A stretch of DNA of 63,522 nucleotides, filler included, from Collodictyon triciliatum (Eukaryota): the NCBI GenBank assembly GCA_043381765.1. It is 16 parts of 16 records of this genome, joined end to end, with 100 filler letters (N's around TTAATTAATTAA, not from the genome) between each part and the next. Parts side by side here need not be neighbours in the genome. Positions count along the whole stretch, not along the records: positions 21,913 to 26,006 come from JBHJMP010006505.1; positions 26,107 to 30,196 come from JBHJMP010006506.1; positions 30,297 to 34,387 come from JBHJMP010006507.1; positions 34,488 to 37,133 come from JBHJMP010006509.1; 12 more parts are not named here. One strand, written 5' to 3'. The notes beneath the pieces were generated by a model that was not told the origin of the DNA, did no database searches, and saw only the letters and a list, made by a program, of their open reading frames with translations. This document shows positions 22,150-35,131 of this stretch, piece by piece; within the stretch, counting starts at the first letter, position 1, and each line of letters starts with the position of its first letter. Made by a program: the position numbers and the translations under genes.

Positions 22150-25100
22150 CACAGAATCGACCCGCTCGTAGCGAACCGACGGGGGCGACCCCCAACGGGG
22201 CAGAAGGAGGCGACCGGACTAATCACGCGAACCTACTCGTCCCGCTCCGGCCGCACACCCGCCCATCCGCAGCCCCTGCCGCATCCCTTCCCGCGTCCGC
22301 CCTCGGCCACGGCCACGGCCACAACCGACCTACCTGGACACGCACCCCACGGCGGCTTTTACGCAACACGGCCGCCATGCAAGCCGCAAAGCCCGCTGCC
22401 GCTGCCGCTGCCTTCTCCAAAGTCCACAAAGTCCACAAAGTCTCCGGCCGTTGCGATTGAAGCCCTTAATCCACCCGACTCTGGCTTTTCAGTGTTTTCC
22501 TCTCCACGCAACGCGCATCCAAGCAGCGCTGCCGCTTCAAACCCGCGTGTCTCGTCTCCGTCCCTGGCGTCGCTGGCCAATCCTTTTGTCCGCTTTGTCC
22601 ACCACACAGACCCGGCTTTGGCCAACCCCAACTTCACAACCTTCCCAACCGCGGCATTGCCTCCACAACAAACACACGGCTCAAACCCTGGACTTGCACC
22701 CAGCCATCTGCCGTCCGCTCTGCCTGCATTTCCCGGCCTCAATCCGATATTTCCAGGCTTTTCACCATCCTCAGGCACGATGCAGACTACATCAAATCCT
22801 GTCACAAGCCAGAACGTGCCCATGCAAGGCGTGAATGGTAGTAATCTGTGCAACACACTGAACCCACTGAGTGCACCTGCTTCTCGGTTTCCTCCACTGA
22901 CGCTCTCGTCGCTTATTGCCGATATCTTTGCGAACGCAGCCCCAGCATCGTCGTCTGTGACGTCCTCTCCTGTCGTCACAAAAACAACATCATCTTTGTT
23001 CACAATTCCATCTCGCGGCAGGCACCACTCCATAACCGCACCAGTCCTGTCGACCTTCTCACCACTAGCAGGTACAAGTGGCAAGTTTGAATGCCATCTT
23101 CCTCAGGACAATCAGGGACAGGATGACTCGGGTGATATTCGGTCCATGGACGATGCTGGATTGCTACTTTCCATTACACGAAATGCATATTTGGAGCAGG
23201 ACATCTTGACCTTGGTTGAGTCACTCTTGCGTGTGCAGCAAATACTCGAGACCAGAAAAGGTGATGATTTATATGTCATTTTCAATTATTTTAATTACTA
23301 TTACTATTACTATTACTATTACTATTACTATTACTATTACTATTACTATTACTATTACTATTACTATTACTATTACTATTACTATTACTATTACTATTAC
23401 TATTAGAAAGTAACACCTATGCTTCGTCCATGGGAGGATTTCTTACATTACACATATGTCCTCTGTCATTTTAATTTATTTTTTTTTGGTTTCGACATAT
23501 AGGCCAATGCTTTCACAAGTTTTTCAAAAACCTCTGTAAAGAAAATGCAGCATCTACATATGTCGAAATATTAGACGTTCATAGGGATGTAGTCGATGTG
23601 ACATCACCTATTATTCGCATCCTTAAGTATTTTTTTTTTTAAAGTTAAATATGCAATTTGACTTTCGATGTTGAGGGGCCGATCAAATTTCCATATGGGC
23701 CGTCTTTTTTTTTTTTTTTTGTCTCATATATAAAAATTAAAAATAGATATACGTTCACTAAAAGAAGGCTTATTTCTCCGACAGGCATTTATGTCATTCA
23801 GAATATAGGGTCATGAGGAAATTAGGATTTGCGAAAATTATTTGCCATTTGATAAAAACCCATCATAGCAGCTTAGATTTTGCAATATTATTGTTTGACA
23901 TACTCATTACACTGCTTAAGCATGGTTTGTCAAATTCATCATAAATACTGATATCCTAAATAATACTCTTGATAAAATGGCCAAATAAGATAACTCTAGT
24001 AAAGCGACATCAATATAGACAAAGGGATACTCATCACTGTGCGGTCTGAGGGTGCTTTAAAGGCGATGATTGGCTATATTCGCTACTCTTTTGATAATAT
24101 TGACAACCTTTACACTATTTTAAAATTCCTTGGCCAAGTCGTCACTCAAGGTTCTTTGAAATTTTGCACACACTACGGCCAAGCCATTATATATTCAAAT
24201 CTAGAACCATGCAATACGAATTTACAAAGAGTTCTCATTCTCAGCCTCCATTTTAATTCTATTGTGTAGTTTCCGTTCTAAGCATACAAACAGATATCCA
24301 AATGGTCGTATATAAAGAATAGTCCTATATTTCAACGATAAACATATTCTTAATGTACTTTCTTTCGAACAGAGGCAAATGTATCCGCCATAGTGAAATT
24401 TGATGTTGTGGGGACATTATTACGATTACTGAGGACTTACCCTGAAGACATAACACTAATAGACCTTTGTCTCCCAATTCTCCTGTCTCTTTCAAAAAAC
24501 GGTATTTTTTTTTGGCCAATAAATTCGAAATATAACCAAGACCATACTTCAATTAATCAGCAAGATCGCTTGAGTATTCCATTTCTATTACAGCCACCAT
24601 TATATTTTGAATAACAGCCCATCTAATATATCTGCGAACAATCATAGAATTTCATGCATTTGCGTTTGAGAAAGAGAAAGGGTTTCAGTTTTTGATTGAA
24701 ATGATGAATAGATATTCTGATGAAATCGATTTAATGAAAGGATTCATTACCATACTGAAGTTTGTTTGTAGAAAAGGTACCTATTTTGTTTTCTGTTTCT
24801 CTTCCCCAACCGCGTATGTTTTTAATTTACATCACTGATACAACAAATTATAATTAAACAAGGAAACTTGTAAAACCCCAAATCCAGCCGTATTAAAGCT
24901 CGAACGAATAATTCAGTAGGCTTGTGATTAAAGACATTCTGCTCGCTCACCAATTCTCTTACTTTCATTCCATAGATAAGAATTTACAAAGTCTCCACCT
25001 AAGCGAGCACATTCAGCCGCTTGTAGGATTTATCGACAACTTCATGATAAGAAATGAACAGGATTTTGAAGCTCTCCGAATTTGTTGCTCCACTTTATAT

Positions 25101-25726
25101 TGGTACCACTTATGATTTATACCTATGTAAGCTACATAATCTGCTTTAAATCACTCAATATTGCACATTCATCCAGTATATACCGTGCCGAGCCATTGTA
25201 CATCGATGACAATGGGATGAGATACATATTTGAGTATGATGAAGGATTTATGGCAAATGAAGAGGCATGTTTTATGATAAAGCGATCATTTCTCCACATT
25301 ACGAAAAATCTTATATAAATGAACTTTTATTACATTTTCCTCACATTTTTGTAAAACTAGCCAAATAAAAATATGTTGTTTTGCGAAGGAGGATATGATA
25401 GCCATGAGGTTTCCCGAAATCGACCTAAGTTGCACTGGGGATTTCTTACTGGATGTCCCATCACCATGCTCTGTTCGCCCATGGACTTTGGACTGTCTCC
25501 CGAACTTTATCAATTCTTCGCCGGTTTTTCTTCTTCGTTACTTTATTCTTTTTATCTTTATATTGCATACATCTCCACACCATAATTTTAAGAATTACGA
25601 TGTGTCATTGTATTCTCAAACTACAGATAGAAGAACCTCTTTTTTACCGGGAAAAAGGGAAGTTAGCTCTGTCGATGAGGTCAGAGATTGAACGCCTTAT
25701 AAAACCTGAAAGAGTGCTTTCTGAAG
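22150..25726 (+). CDS. ARM-repeat protein, probably the N-terminal half of a cytosolic carboxypeptidase (AGTPBP1/CCP1-like); multi-exon, incomplete
   Basis: A Pro/Ser-rich exon runs to 23260, followed by ARM-like exons (VRSEGALKAMIGYIRYSFDNIDNLYTILKFL; VKFDVVGTLLRLLRTYPEDITLIDLCLPILLSLS; GFQFLIEMMNRYSDEIDLM). The last exon, IEEPLFYREKGKLALSMRSEIERLIKPERVLSE, resembles the segment preceding the CCP1/4 catalytic region. The M14 domain is not in the contig. Confidence 0.55.
23295..23405. repeat. Intronic (TATTAC)n repeat
   Basis: Direct reading; follows a GT donor at 23261. Confidence 0.95.
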
Positions 25727-25800
25727 TAAGCTTCCAACTCAAAATATCATAATCGGAACAAATGGTCTATGCCTCCATGTTGCACAAATTGATACGAACT

Positions 25801-26006
25801 ATAAACAAATAAACAAATAAACAAATAAACAAATAAACAAATAAACAAATAAACAAATAAACAAATAAACAAATAAACAAATAAACAAATAAACAAATAA
25901 ACAAAAACACAAAAACACAAAAACACAAAAACACAAAAACACAAAAACACAAAAACACAAAAACACAAAAACACAAAAACACAAAAACACAAAAACACAA
26001 AAACAC
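25801..26006. repeat. Compound (AAACAAAT)n-(AAAAACAC)n repeat
   Basis: Direct reading. Confidence 0.95.
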
Positions 26007-26381
26007 NNNNNNNNNNNNNNNNNNNNNNNNNNNNNNNNNNNNNNNNNNNNTTAATTAATTAANNNNNNNNNNNNNNNNNNNNNNNNNNNNNNNNNNNNNN
26101 NNNNNNTTTTTTTCTTCTTTTTTTTCTTCTTTTTTTCTTCTTTTTTCTTCTTTTTTTCTTCTTTTTTCTTCTTTTTTTCTTCTTTTTTTCTTCTTTTTTT
26201 CTTCTTTTTTTTTCTTCTTTTTTTTTCTTCTTTTTTTTCTTCTTTTTTTTCTTCTTTTTCTTCTTTTTCTTCTTTTTCCTCTTTTCTTCTTTGTTTATCA
26301 CCGTTTTTGACTGCAGATTTTTGTTTATATTTTCCCACAACGATTGAAGCATCAGAGTCAAATGAACAAGCGTGTCGGCCA

Positions 26382-29300
26382 TTAGGAAGGGGGGTTTTGG
26401 GTCGCTTGGTTGGGCAGTGGTGAGACAAAGATGAGGTCGACCTTTCTCTTCTTTTTGTGCTGCTCATCGGGCTGGGGTGGCTGTGTCTGAACCGACTGCA
26501 CTGCCGCCATGGATTTCTCAGGCTCTGTTGCACTTTGCACGCACTCAATGGGAGCAACTATGATTGGGAATGTGATAACTTCTTGTGCAACTCCGATATC
26601 ATCGTTCTCAGTGAGGCATCTTGGTAGAGGCTGTGATGTTACATGCTCCACTGTGCCGAGATTGCTCTGCGGTGGCGGAATCGGCAATGGAAAGGGCTGG
26701 AGTGCGCTGATATCAGCTGGACTTTGTTCCCTGCTCCAATTGCATGATAACAGAGGGAAATATGAGAATGGCATGCTATGAATGACGCTAATAAATACAA
26801 AACGGTCTTCTTTCATTTTTTTCTTCTTTTTTTTTTTTTTTTGGGTCCAGAATAAAAGGATTTGTGAGGAGTGATATTTAGTGCTAAAGACAGACTTTTC
26901 GTTTGCCTCGACTTTCACAGTTTGAGGTTGTTTTGGAGCAATAAAGTTTTGGGGCTGGGTGGCTTTTTGGACTTCAAGAGGGAGCTCTGATGATTGTTTG
27001 TTTGAGCAGATGATAGTAGAACTTACTTTAGGAACTTATTACATTTGGTTACTATCTCAGATTTCTGAAATAATAATGATATAGACGAAAGATAATTATG
27101 AATTGATATAATAATTACATATGAGCACAAAACCCCCCGCTAAATGGCTAAATTTCTATAAAATGGTTCCTCTCTGTGATGGAATATTGAGATTGAGAAT
27201 GCACCTTCATAGGGTATGGGTATACCCAGCTCTTCAGCTTCAAAGTCAATAACAGAGCAGTAGCCATCTGATGACGATGTGATAAGGCTAAGTCCGTCTT
27301 TAGTCCTTGAAAGTTGTAGGAAAAAAAAAGTATAATATCACCCAGTTTAACACAGCGGTAAAGAAATCACAGCCACTCAAAGCTTTAGAATGTATTATTA
27401 TATTGTGGATTTGGATATATATATATGAGAATTCAATCTGAGGATTAGATTGTGATTTTCAAAACATGGATATTGCAACTGATTTCAAAAAAAAGTGATA
27501 TAAGCACTGTTCTTTACCAGGAAATGTCTGTAATAGCTGTACAATGGATATTCCCGACAATACAAAAGGCGTGGGGCAATTGTGTATCATAAAATAAAAC
27601 CTTCAGAAGTTGTAAAATACTTATTAATTTGATCGACTTCTCGAGGGTGTTAGCAAGCATAAAAATCAACAACAATCAGCATCATAAAAATGCTGGTGAA
27701 CGTAGACATTTAATTTTACTGACAGTGTCTAATGTAGCAATCGCAAATATCATTCTGTATGGTAAGTTGAGATAACCATTTGGGGATACTGTAATTAAAT
27801 AAAACAAGATTTAATCAATCGCGGGTGCCATAACAATATGTATGCGGTCGATTATTTTTTGCCGTAACCAACCATGTTAAAAAAATGATAGTGGAATAGA
27901 TATGAGGTATTTACAATATATTTACACATCAAGACAAGAAATGCATATTTCTTACAATTTTCTGTCAATCTATTTTGGAAAAAAAGTGGGTTGAACTTGA
28001 CTACTACGGACGGCTTTGGGTCTATCCCGATGCTAATTTGTTTGGAGCATGGTAGCTGGGCGAGCGGCCTGTCACAACATGACCCGTCATATGAATTTAT
28101 TAGTTTTAAAGATATCCAGCTGATAAGTTATCGCATATATAAATATTCATTTTCAAACACCCCAAAATCACTTGAATTGGTGAATAATAAAAATGCATTG
28201 TATCAAAAAAAAAAGCATCAGAACGCATGATTGACAACATATTTAGTTATATACTTGGACAAGTCCTTCCTGTGGAAAATGAAAGTAGTAGGTGCGATTG
28301 TATGTGTTTCAGAGAGAATTTTTTGACCTAAACAACAATTAACTCTATTTAAGACGAAAATTAATTCCGATGTATGTTACCGAAGAGAAAGAAACCTGTC
28401 GGGACGACCAAAATCGTTCCATCGGGAGACCATGAAGGACGCCGAAAGAATCTAACAAAAAAAAATCAGCAACAGCCTGCACATGACAGGATATTACTGG
28501 GTAATTTTGATGCAGCATTTGATGAGCAATTTTTCTAACGATTACGTGGGAACGGATTCATCAAAGAATAAGCGCGGCCCGCTGGGCTGTTTTGGTAGCT
28601 CGGGAAGATCAGCCAACTGCATGGATACATTTTCAGTCACAATTAAAAAGTTATAATGTACAACACAAACCAGAAAAAAAAAAGGGTAAACCATTCCAAC
28701 TGTGACGGATTGAACATATTCGATACGAAGGGGAGTGTATCATATTACATAGTTTTGATGGTTTCCGAGGAGGAATTAGGATAGGATGAGTACCGATTCT
28801 ATGCTTGGGACTTTTTCCTCCTTTCGCACGTCATGCTTTCTCACATGATGGGCGCAGTAGAAACGTTGGTTTGATTCGTGTGACTTGATCGGGCGAGAAT
28901 ATATCCGAACTGACCGGTCACTACTCTGAGTAACAACGTACTGACCCATCGGGTCCCATGCAACTCCCTGGACATAATGATGATGGTCTCGAAAATGTTG
29001 TCGGTCTCTTCCTACATGATTATATTTGTTATTCTTTCGATGAATATTTATATTCGCTACAAGGCTTATTTTTAAAAAAAAAATCGAAAAATCAAGTGGC
29101 TTTAATTTATTTTGGTATACAAGCTGTTATCACACGATACTTGAAGAACCATTCGAAAAGGTAAATTCACTATATATCCTAGTGGATGCTTCCAAAAAAA
29201 AAAAAAAAGGCAACCTTTAAGTGTGTCCCACACAATCGCGCTATTATCGATCGAGCCTGAAATCATGGCGTTTCCTAAAGGAGCCCAGGAGAGGTCATAT

Positions 29301-29960
29301 ATGTCCCTGTGGTGGCCCCTATAATTTTTTTTTCAACCCGATATGTCAGATTGTTGATAAGAGTCACACTTATTGTCAGGGGCTTTATCAAAACATGAGC
29401 GTGTTTACCGAAAACATTGCGCCACAACCCATGCCTCTTTTTCCTCGTTGTCTTCGGATTTTACAAAACTTTCCGATAGTTTCCATATAAAAATGCATCC
29501 ATCTTGGTTTTTACAAAGGAATGTATGAGTATCGTGGTACTTTCGTTTCTGTACATGGTGACCATGTCATCTTAGAGTTTATCATTTTGTATAAAAATCT
29601 TTTTGATTTATTGATTTTATTTCCTTTCAAATACCGTCACTGCCAGATGCGAGTATCGTCCCTTTTGTTGTAAAATCATATCAAAGATACAATTAAATAT
29701 TGCGACAATTTTTGAATTCTTTCTGTTGTATTCTTTGGTTATTATTTACATCATGAAAAGACAGATTTTTCAAATCCGGTTAAGTAATTATAATAATCAC
29801 CCACGCATTGCATACGAAACTATATAAATTCCTACTTCACGTTCGAAAATACCTTGTGGAGCAAATCGGACAACATTTACAGTTTTATCGTGTCGGGATA
29901 GTGATGCTTGATACTCGACCTCCCGCTTTCCGTGTCCAGATCGACCAAGCTTCCATATCT
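26382..29960 (-). CDS. CHAF1B: Chromatin assembly factor 1 subunit B (p60/Cac2), WD40; multi-exon, 5' exon(s) missing
   Basis: Exon translations: [136 protein letters not shown]. The C-terminal [10 protein letters not shown] resembles an ASF1-binding B-domain. Stop at 26382. Confidence 0.93.
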
Positions 29961-30037
29961 TGGGTATGAAACAAATCACCGAATTAATGGAGTGAGACAG
30001 GTTATCGTACGTGTCTGAATCTATAGAGGACATAATA

Positions 30038-30185
30038 ATTTTTCTTTTTTCTTTTTCTTTTTCTTTTTCTTTTTCTTTTTCTTTTTCTTTTTCTTTTTCT
30101 TTTTCTTTTTCTTTTTCTTTTTCTTTTTCTTTTTCTTTTTCTTTTTCTTTTTCATTTTCTTTTTCATTTTCTTTTTCTTTTTCTT
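30038..30185. repeat. (TTTTTC)n repeat
   Basis: Direct reading. Confidence 0.95.
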
Positions 30186-30732
30186 TAAGAAGTTAANNNN
30201 NNNNNNNNNNNNNNNNNNNNNNNNNNNNNNNNNNNNNNNNTTAATTAATTAANNNNNNNNNNNNNNNNNNNNNNNNNNNNNNNNNNNNNNNNNNNNATAC
30301 ACATATGGAGACCAAACATATGAGCTATACTTTGTACGCTCGACCAACGGAAAGGTCCGGGGAAGCACTGGGGAGTGGTAGGGACGAAGAAAGTCGACAA
30401 GAAAGCATCAATCCCTCAAACTGCATCATACAATCTGAGTATACTGACTGACTGACTTGTGTGACCCCACTCCCATCCATACTTGAGTTTGTTTCGCTTT
30501 GGGCAATTTAATCACCACTTTCCGATCGATAACGAGGATGAACCTTCATGACATCTATGAAAAAAAAAGAAAAAGAAAACCATATCCAAGAATGACACCC
30601 CCTTCATTCTTCATTCTGAATAAAAGCCTTCAAAAAAAAAAAAACTCACGAGACAAAGCTTATTATTAGCCTTTCAAAACCTTGAGTTATGTCTGTAGTG
30701 AATGCGTGAGATTTATTTTATTTATATAGTTT

Positions 30733-31100
30733 CTTTCCAACGGTTGATTGGGAGAGAACAAACCCAAGAAGACCGTCTTCTCCGCTGGGACAAAGGTGAA
30801 CCGTGAACAAGACAGCGGAAAACCCGGATGTGTGGTTGGAGTTTTTGTGTTTTAGGTTGAAGGAAGAAGAAAAAGAAAGAAAAAATCAAGATAGAAAGGA
30901 GAGAGGAAAGTGCTCTTGCACGCAGACTATTCTACCCGAAGTATTTCAACTCCAACGCAGTTTCGGGTTGTGTTCGAGACTGAGAGAAGAGCGGATAAAG
31001 TTGTCGGGTCGATGAAAGTACGCACATGGCAGTTACTTTAAAAAACGACTCCAATTAGTTTTTTTTTCTTACCTGTCTATCTCAGACAAGTTTTATATAC
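30733..31100 (+). repeat. Dispersed repeat B, copy 1
   Basis: Inverted homolog of 54055-54420, sharing gttcgagactga, gggtcgatgaaagtacgcacatggc and ctatctcagacaag. Confidence 0.88.
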
Positions 31101-32389
31101 CCCAGCGCAAGTGTCATTTGAGTAAAGACAATGAAATAGACAAACAAATAGTAGTGCGATTGGACGAGACATTGAAAGTAAAACAAAGACAAAGAGATGT
31201 TCTTTATATCTGGTAATGTTGTAGTTGGTATAATATGAGTGTTACTCGCAATTATGCCAGTAAGAATCTTCTGGGGTTTGAGAAGAACTTTGTCTACGGT
31301 TTCTACATCGTATGCAAGATGTTTCATAGGCGATGATGCTTTGGTAGATTCTCTTTTTCACATATTTTTTTATTTCCGATTGTTCGTTGTTCAGAATACA
31401 ATATATAAAATTTTCTTATCCCATTTTTTTGATATATGCGCTCGTATTTTATGAGATAGGTTTCATATGCTTTTGATATATATTTATTTATTCGTGAGAT
31501 TAGCGTCCCAAGTAATATCATATCGGAGGAACACTGCTTCCTTGGGGGTTTATATCGGCTTGTTCTCTCTTCAAGGTCTCATAATTACCAACGTTCTTTT
31601 GCTGCATTTTTTTTTAGTTTTATAGCATCACAGTAATCATACCGATTATTTGTATGATTGTTTTTTTCTCCTTCATTCGATTCAAGGGAAGAAAGGGGGT
31701 TTAGAATGTGTATGATTGTTCACGCATTTAAAAATATTACTATGTCATATCAAAATATCTTAATCTTACATAAATTAAAAAGCGAGAAAATAACTATACA
31801 AAGTCAAGCCTTACCACCGTGCTCTGCACATTGAGGTCAGCTTTACAGTCAGGCTACATAGTAGAGTATTGCTTTTGTATTGCTTTCTAAATAAATCAAA
31901 GGGAATCGATATTCTAGTTTCATAGTGAGTGTATTTTGATTATTCAACGTACGATGATTACAAGTACAAAGCCAACGATGATATACTAGCCATTGTATAT
32001 AATTAAAAAATCTTTTATTAATATAATACAAATATATGATGTGTTTATTTGGTTCATAATGTTTTAATCTTGCTCGACACCCTTGATTTTCACATTACAA
32101 CTAATATCTTATAGATGTAATATAGCCTTGCGCTGTTGGCATTCTTTATCGTCTGCATACTTATGAAAGTAATCATATATTTATTTCATAATTATAAAAA
32201 TGGCTCACAGTATTGAAAATATACAGATTAAATTGATTTTAATGAGCCATTTCATTTTTAATTATTTGTGATTAATTCTTTTCATGAAAAAGTAAAACGA
32301 TATGTTAATTGTAATATGCTGCTTGTTTGCAGTATTCACGCATGAATGAATATTACAAACTTAAATCAGATTACATATTCCATAAATGA

Positions 32390-32705
32390 ACTATGGAGAT
32401 AGCACCCGTATACTAACGCAAAGCAAGATTCAACAACCAGCCACCCATTCCTGACAATAGGCTGGATGACACCATACAAATCTCTTTCCTCAATAGCTTC
32501 CTTCGCCACCAGACGTTCTCTACTACTCAGACCCTGTGAGAAGAGACATGTGGAAAGAGGCTGAGAAGGATATTAAACCTCGTCTTGTATCTCTCATGCA
32601 AGCACAAGACCCAGGCTACAGACCAAACCGCAGGATGCAATTCCTAAGTACCGACTACTTCTCCGCCACCCGGCCACCAAGTAGCGTCCATGCAAGCAAA
32701 TACCG
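32390..32705 (+). mobile_element. 3' fragment of non-LTR (L1/Tx1-like) ORF2, decayed, copy 1
   Basis: Close homolog of ~48325-48650 (minus strand); contains a frameshift and an in-frame stop. Confidence 0.55.
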
Positions 32706-33214
32706 ACACCTTGGAGACAGGAACTCCTTTTCTGTGAGAAGAAAAACATATAAATTTTTAAAAAGGCCATGAAGATGGATTTATTAGCTGGGCATAAGGA
32801 CTTCGACTTTGACTTCATGAATCAAATAATACATAAATACGATAGATGTTATGAACGATGCACTCAAACGGAGCTTTGCAACAAAGGGAAATGAAGTTAC
32901 CCGGGAAATGGGTCGTAGTGGGTCAGCACAATAAGCCACATTGACCTTAATAGTGGTCAACAGTCTATAACTTACATAAAAAAATTTTCTAACAATAATC
33001 TGCTAGANNNNNNNNNNNNNNNNNNNNNNNNNNNNNNNNNNNNNNNNNNNNNNNNNNNNNNNNNNNNNNNNNNNNNNNNNNNNNNNNNNNNNNNNNNNNN
33101 NNNNNNNNNNNNNNNNNNNNNNNNNNNNNNNNNNNNNNNNNNNNNNNNNNNNNNNNNNNNNNNNNNNNNNNNNNNNNNNNNNNNNNNNNNNNNNNNNNNN
33201 NNNNNNNNNNNNNN

Positions 33215-34290
33215 AAACATACCATACATATAAAAGACTGGTATATTTGCCCTTTAGCAATGTGTTAGAACAACAGGAAATTGAAAAGAAAAAAAGAGGG
33301 AAGAAGTTAACAAGCTAGTGAACTAGACTTTGGATTCCAACATTGATATGTGCTTTCAAAAGCAACAATGAGCAGTGAAAGGTATCGAAGTGCTTCGATT
33401 CACTGGTTTCTTAGATCACGGACTGCATCCCTTTCCATCAGATATCTTAGTGGATAAGGTCGATAAGTGGGTCATTTGATGCGCATGATAATACTTTTCT
33501 CTTCAACATGTCTAAGCGATAATCTGGTGCTTTCATTTTTAAATGTGTGGATTTCAACATGTTTAAGGAATCCTAGAATCGTCCGCTGGCATACATTTTC
33601 TTATGCGCAGTCGCAATATTTCCCTCTGTTGGGGGTGCGCTTACAAAAAACAAGGAAGAAACCACCAAGACTTGATTTTTTCGGGACAAATTATGTATAA
33701 TTCATGAAAATTGTACATGTTAAGATATAATCAATGAATCTTTCTTCAATTCGCGGCAAAACCAGTCAACCCATGTTGCATCTCACAAAAAATGTCACTT
33801 TTTAAATTTAATATTATGAAAGTATCAACATGGTTTGTGATATTAACTATCACTTTTAATCTTATATTTCTTTGAAGGCAATCGCAAATCTATTAATTCA
33901 TCAAGCCAAGACGGCAGCCCCAGTTTTTTCACTTTTCTTATGATTTTTTGCCTGGCATTTCGTACGCAATCAAAATTTGTTATATGAAAATAATTACCCG
34001 TGTCTTTGTATTGCAATATAAAAGAAAATTATCTATTCCATATCAAGAAGCAAGCACATCAATCTGTATGGCAGGTCACCTCACCAGCACGATCCTGTCA
34101 AAAAGATCACATAATCACACAATCACCCAAAAAATCGAAACCAAAGCCAAACACCAGCACAACACGACAAAGCTGATGGATCCCATTTGCAAGGACCCTC
34201 ATTCTTTATTACCACAAAGAAAGAAAAAACCAGCATGGGACCAAGCAAACTGAAAAATCTGACATGAAAACATAGCTTTATTTTCTGTAA
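33215..34290 (+). repeat. Dispersed repeat C, copy 1
   Basis: Homologous to 45675-46645, with an identical core agatcacggactgcatccctttccatcagatatct and shared gcagtcgcaatatttccctctgttg; ends at (AAAC)n. Confidence 0.88.
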
Positions 34291-34387
34291 AACAAACAAA
34301 CAAACAAACAAACAAACAAACAAACAAACAAACAAACAAACAAACAAACAAACAAACAAACAAACAAACAAACAAACAAACAAACAA
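34290..34387. repeat. (AAAC)n microsatellite
   Basis: Direct reading. Confidence 0.95.
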
Positions 34388-34578
34388 NNNNNNNNNNNNN
34401 NNNNNNNNNNNNNNNNNNNNNNNNNNNNNNNTTAATTAATTAANNNNNNNNNNNNNNNNNNNNNNNNNNNNNNNNNNNNNNNNNNNNAAAAAAAAACCCA
34501 AAAAAAAACAAAAAAAAAAAAAAAAAAAAAAAAAAGACTGCAAGGTTACCGCACGATGTTGTTTTTTTTCCGACTTAC

Positions 34579-34742
34579 AAAGAGTTGACGTTATAGCTGT
34601 CAGACGGGTTCTCGTTGATGTCGATTCGGGGGACGGAAAACTGGGCAGGATTCGGCAGCTTCTGCAAGCGGCGACCCTTCGGCACGGGCTTCTGATCGGG
34701 GCTGGAGCCTTCAATAAGAGTGACCGGCTTGTTTGTCTCCAT
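34579..34742 (-). CDS. Probable first coding exon of an unknown gene
   Basis: ATG-initiated METNKPVTLIEGSSPDQKPVPKGRRLQKLPNPAQFSVPRIDINENPSDSYNVNSL ends at a canonical GTAAGT donor. Confidence 0.5.
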
Positions 34743-35131
34743 CGCAGCGACCCGATCACGCCTGCTGTGTTGGGTCTTGAGTATGTGGAAATATCAAAAG
34801 GGAGTGAGAGAAAGCCTTTACTCGTTCTGCTTCGTCTTCAATGCACTCGATCATGCTCCTCTTTATGTATGTATATATATAGATGTATGACTCTCTTGCA
34901 GTTTCAAAGAGATATGCACACATAAGCGGGGTTGCCTTCTTTTTTCTTTCTTTGCTGCTCAGACCGAAGAGATTGTTTACACTGCGTAATTTTTGCGATG
35001 GAATCAACAAGAGGTTTAAGAAATTGCTTGATTGAGAAAAGAGGGGTATCAAAGAGAAAAAGCAAAGAAAAAGCAAAGAAAAAGCTCATGGCAAGGTAGA
35101 GCACGACCGCGCGATTGAAGACAGGACAGAG

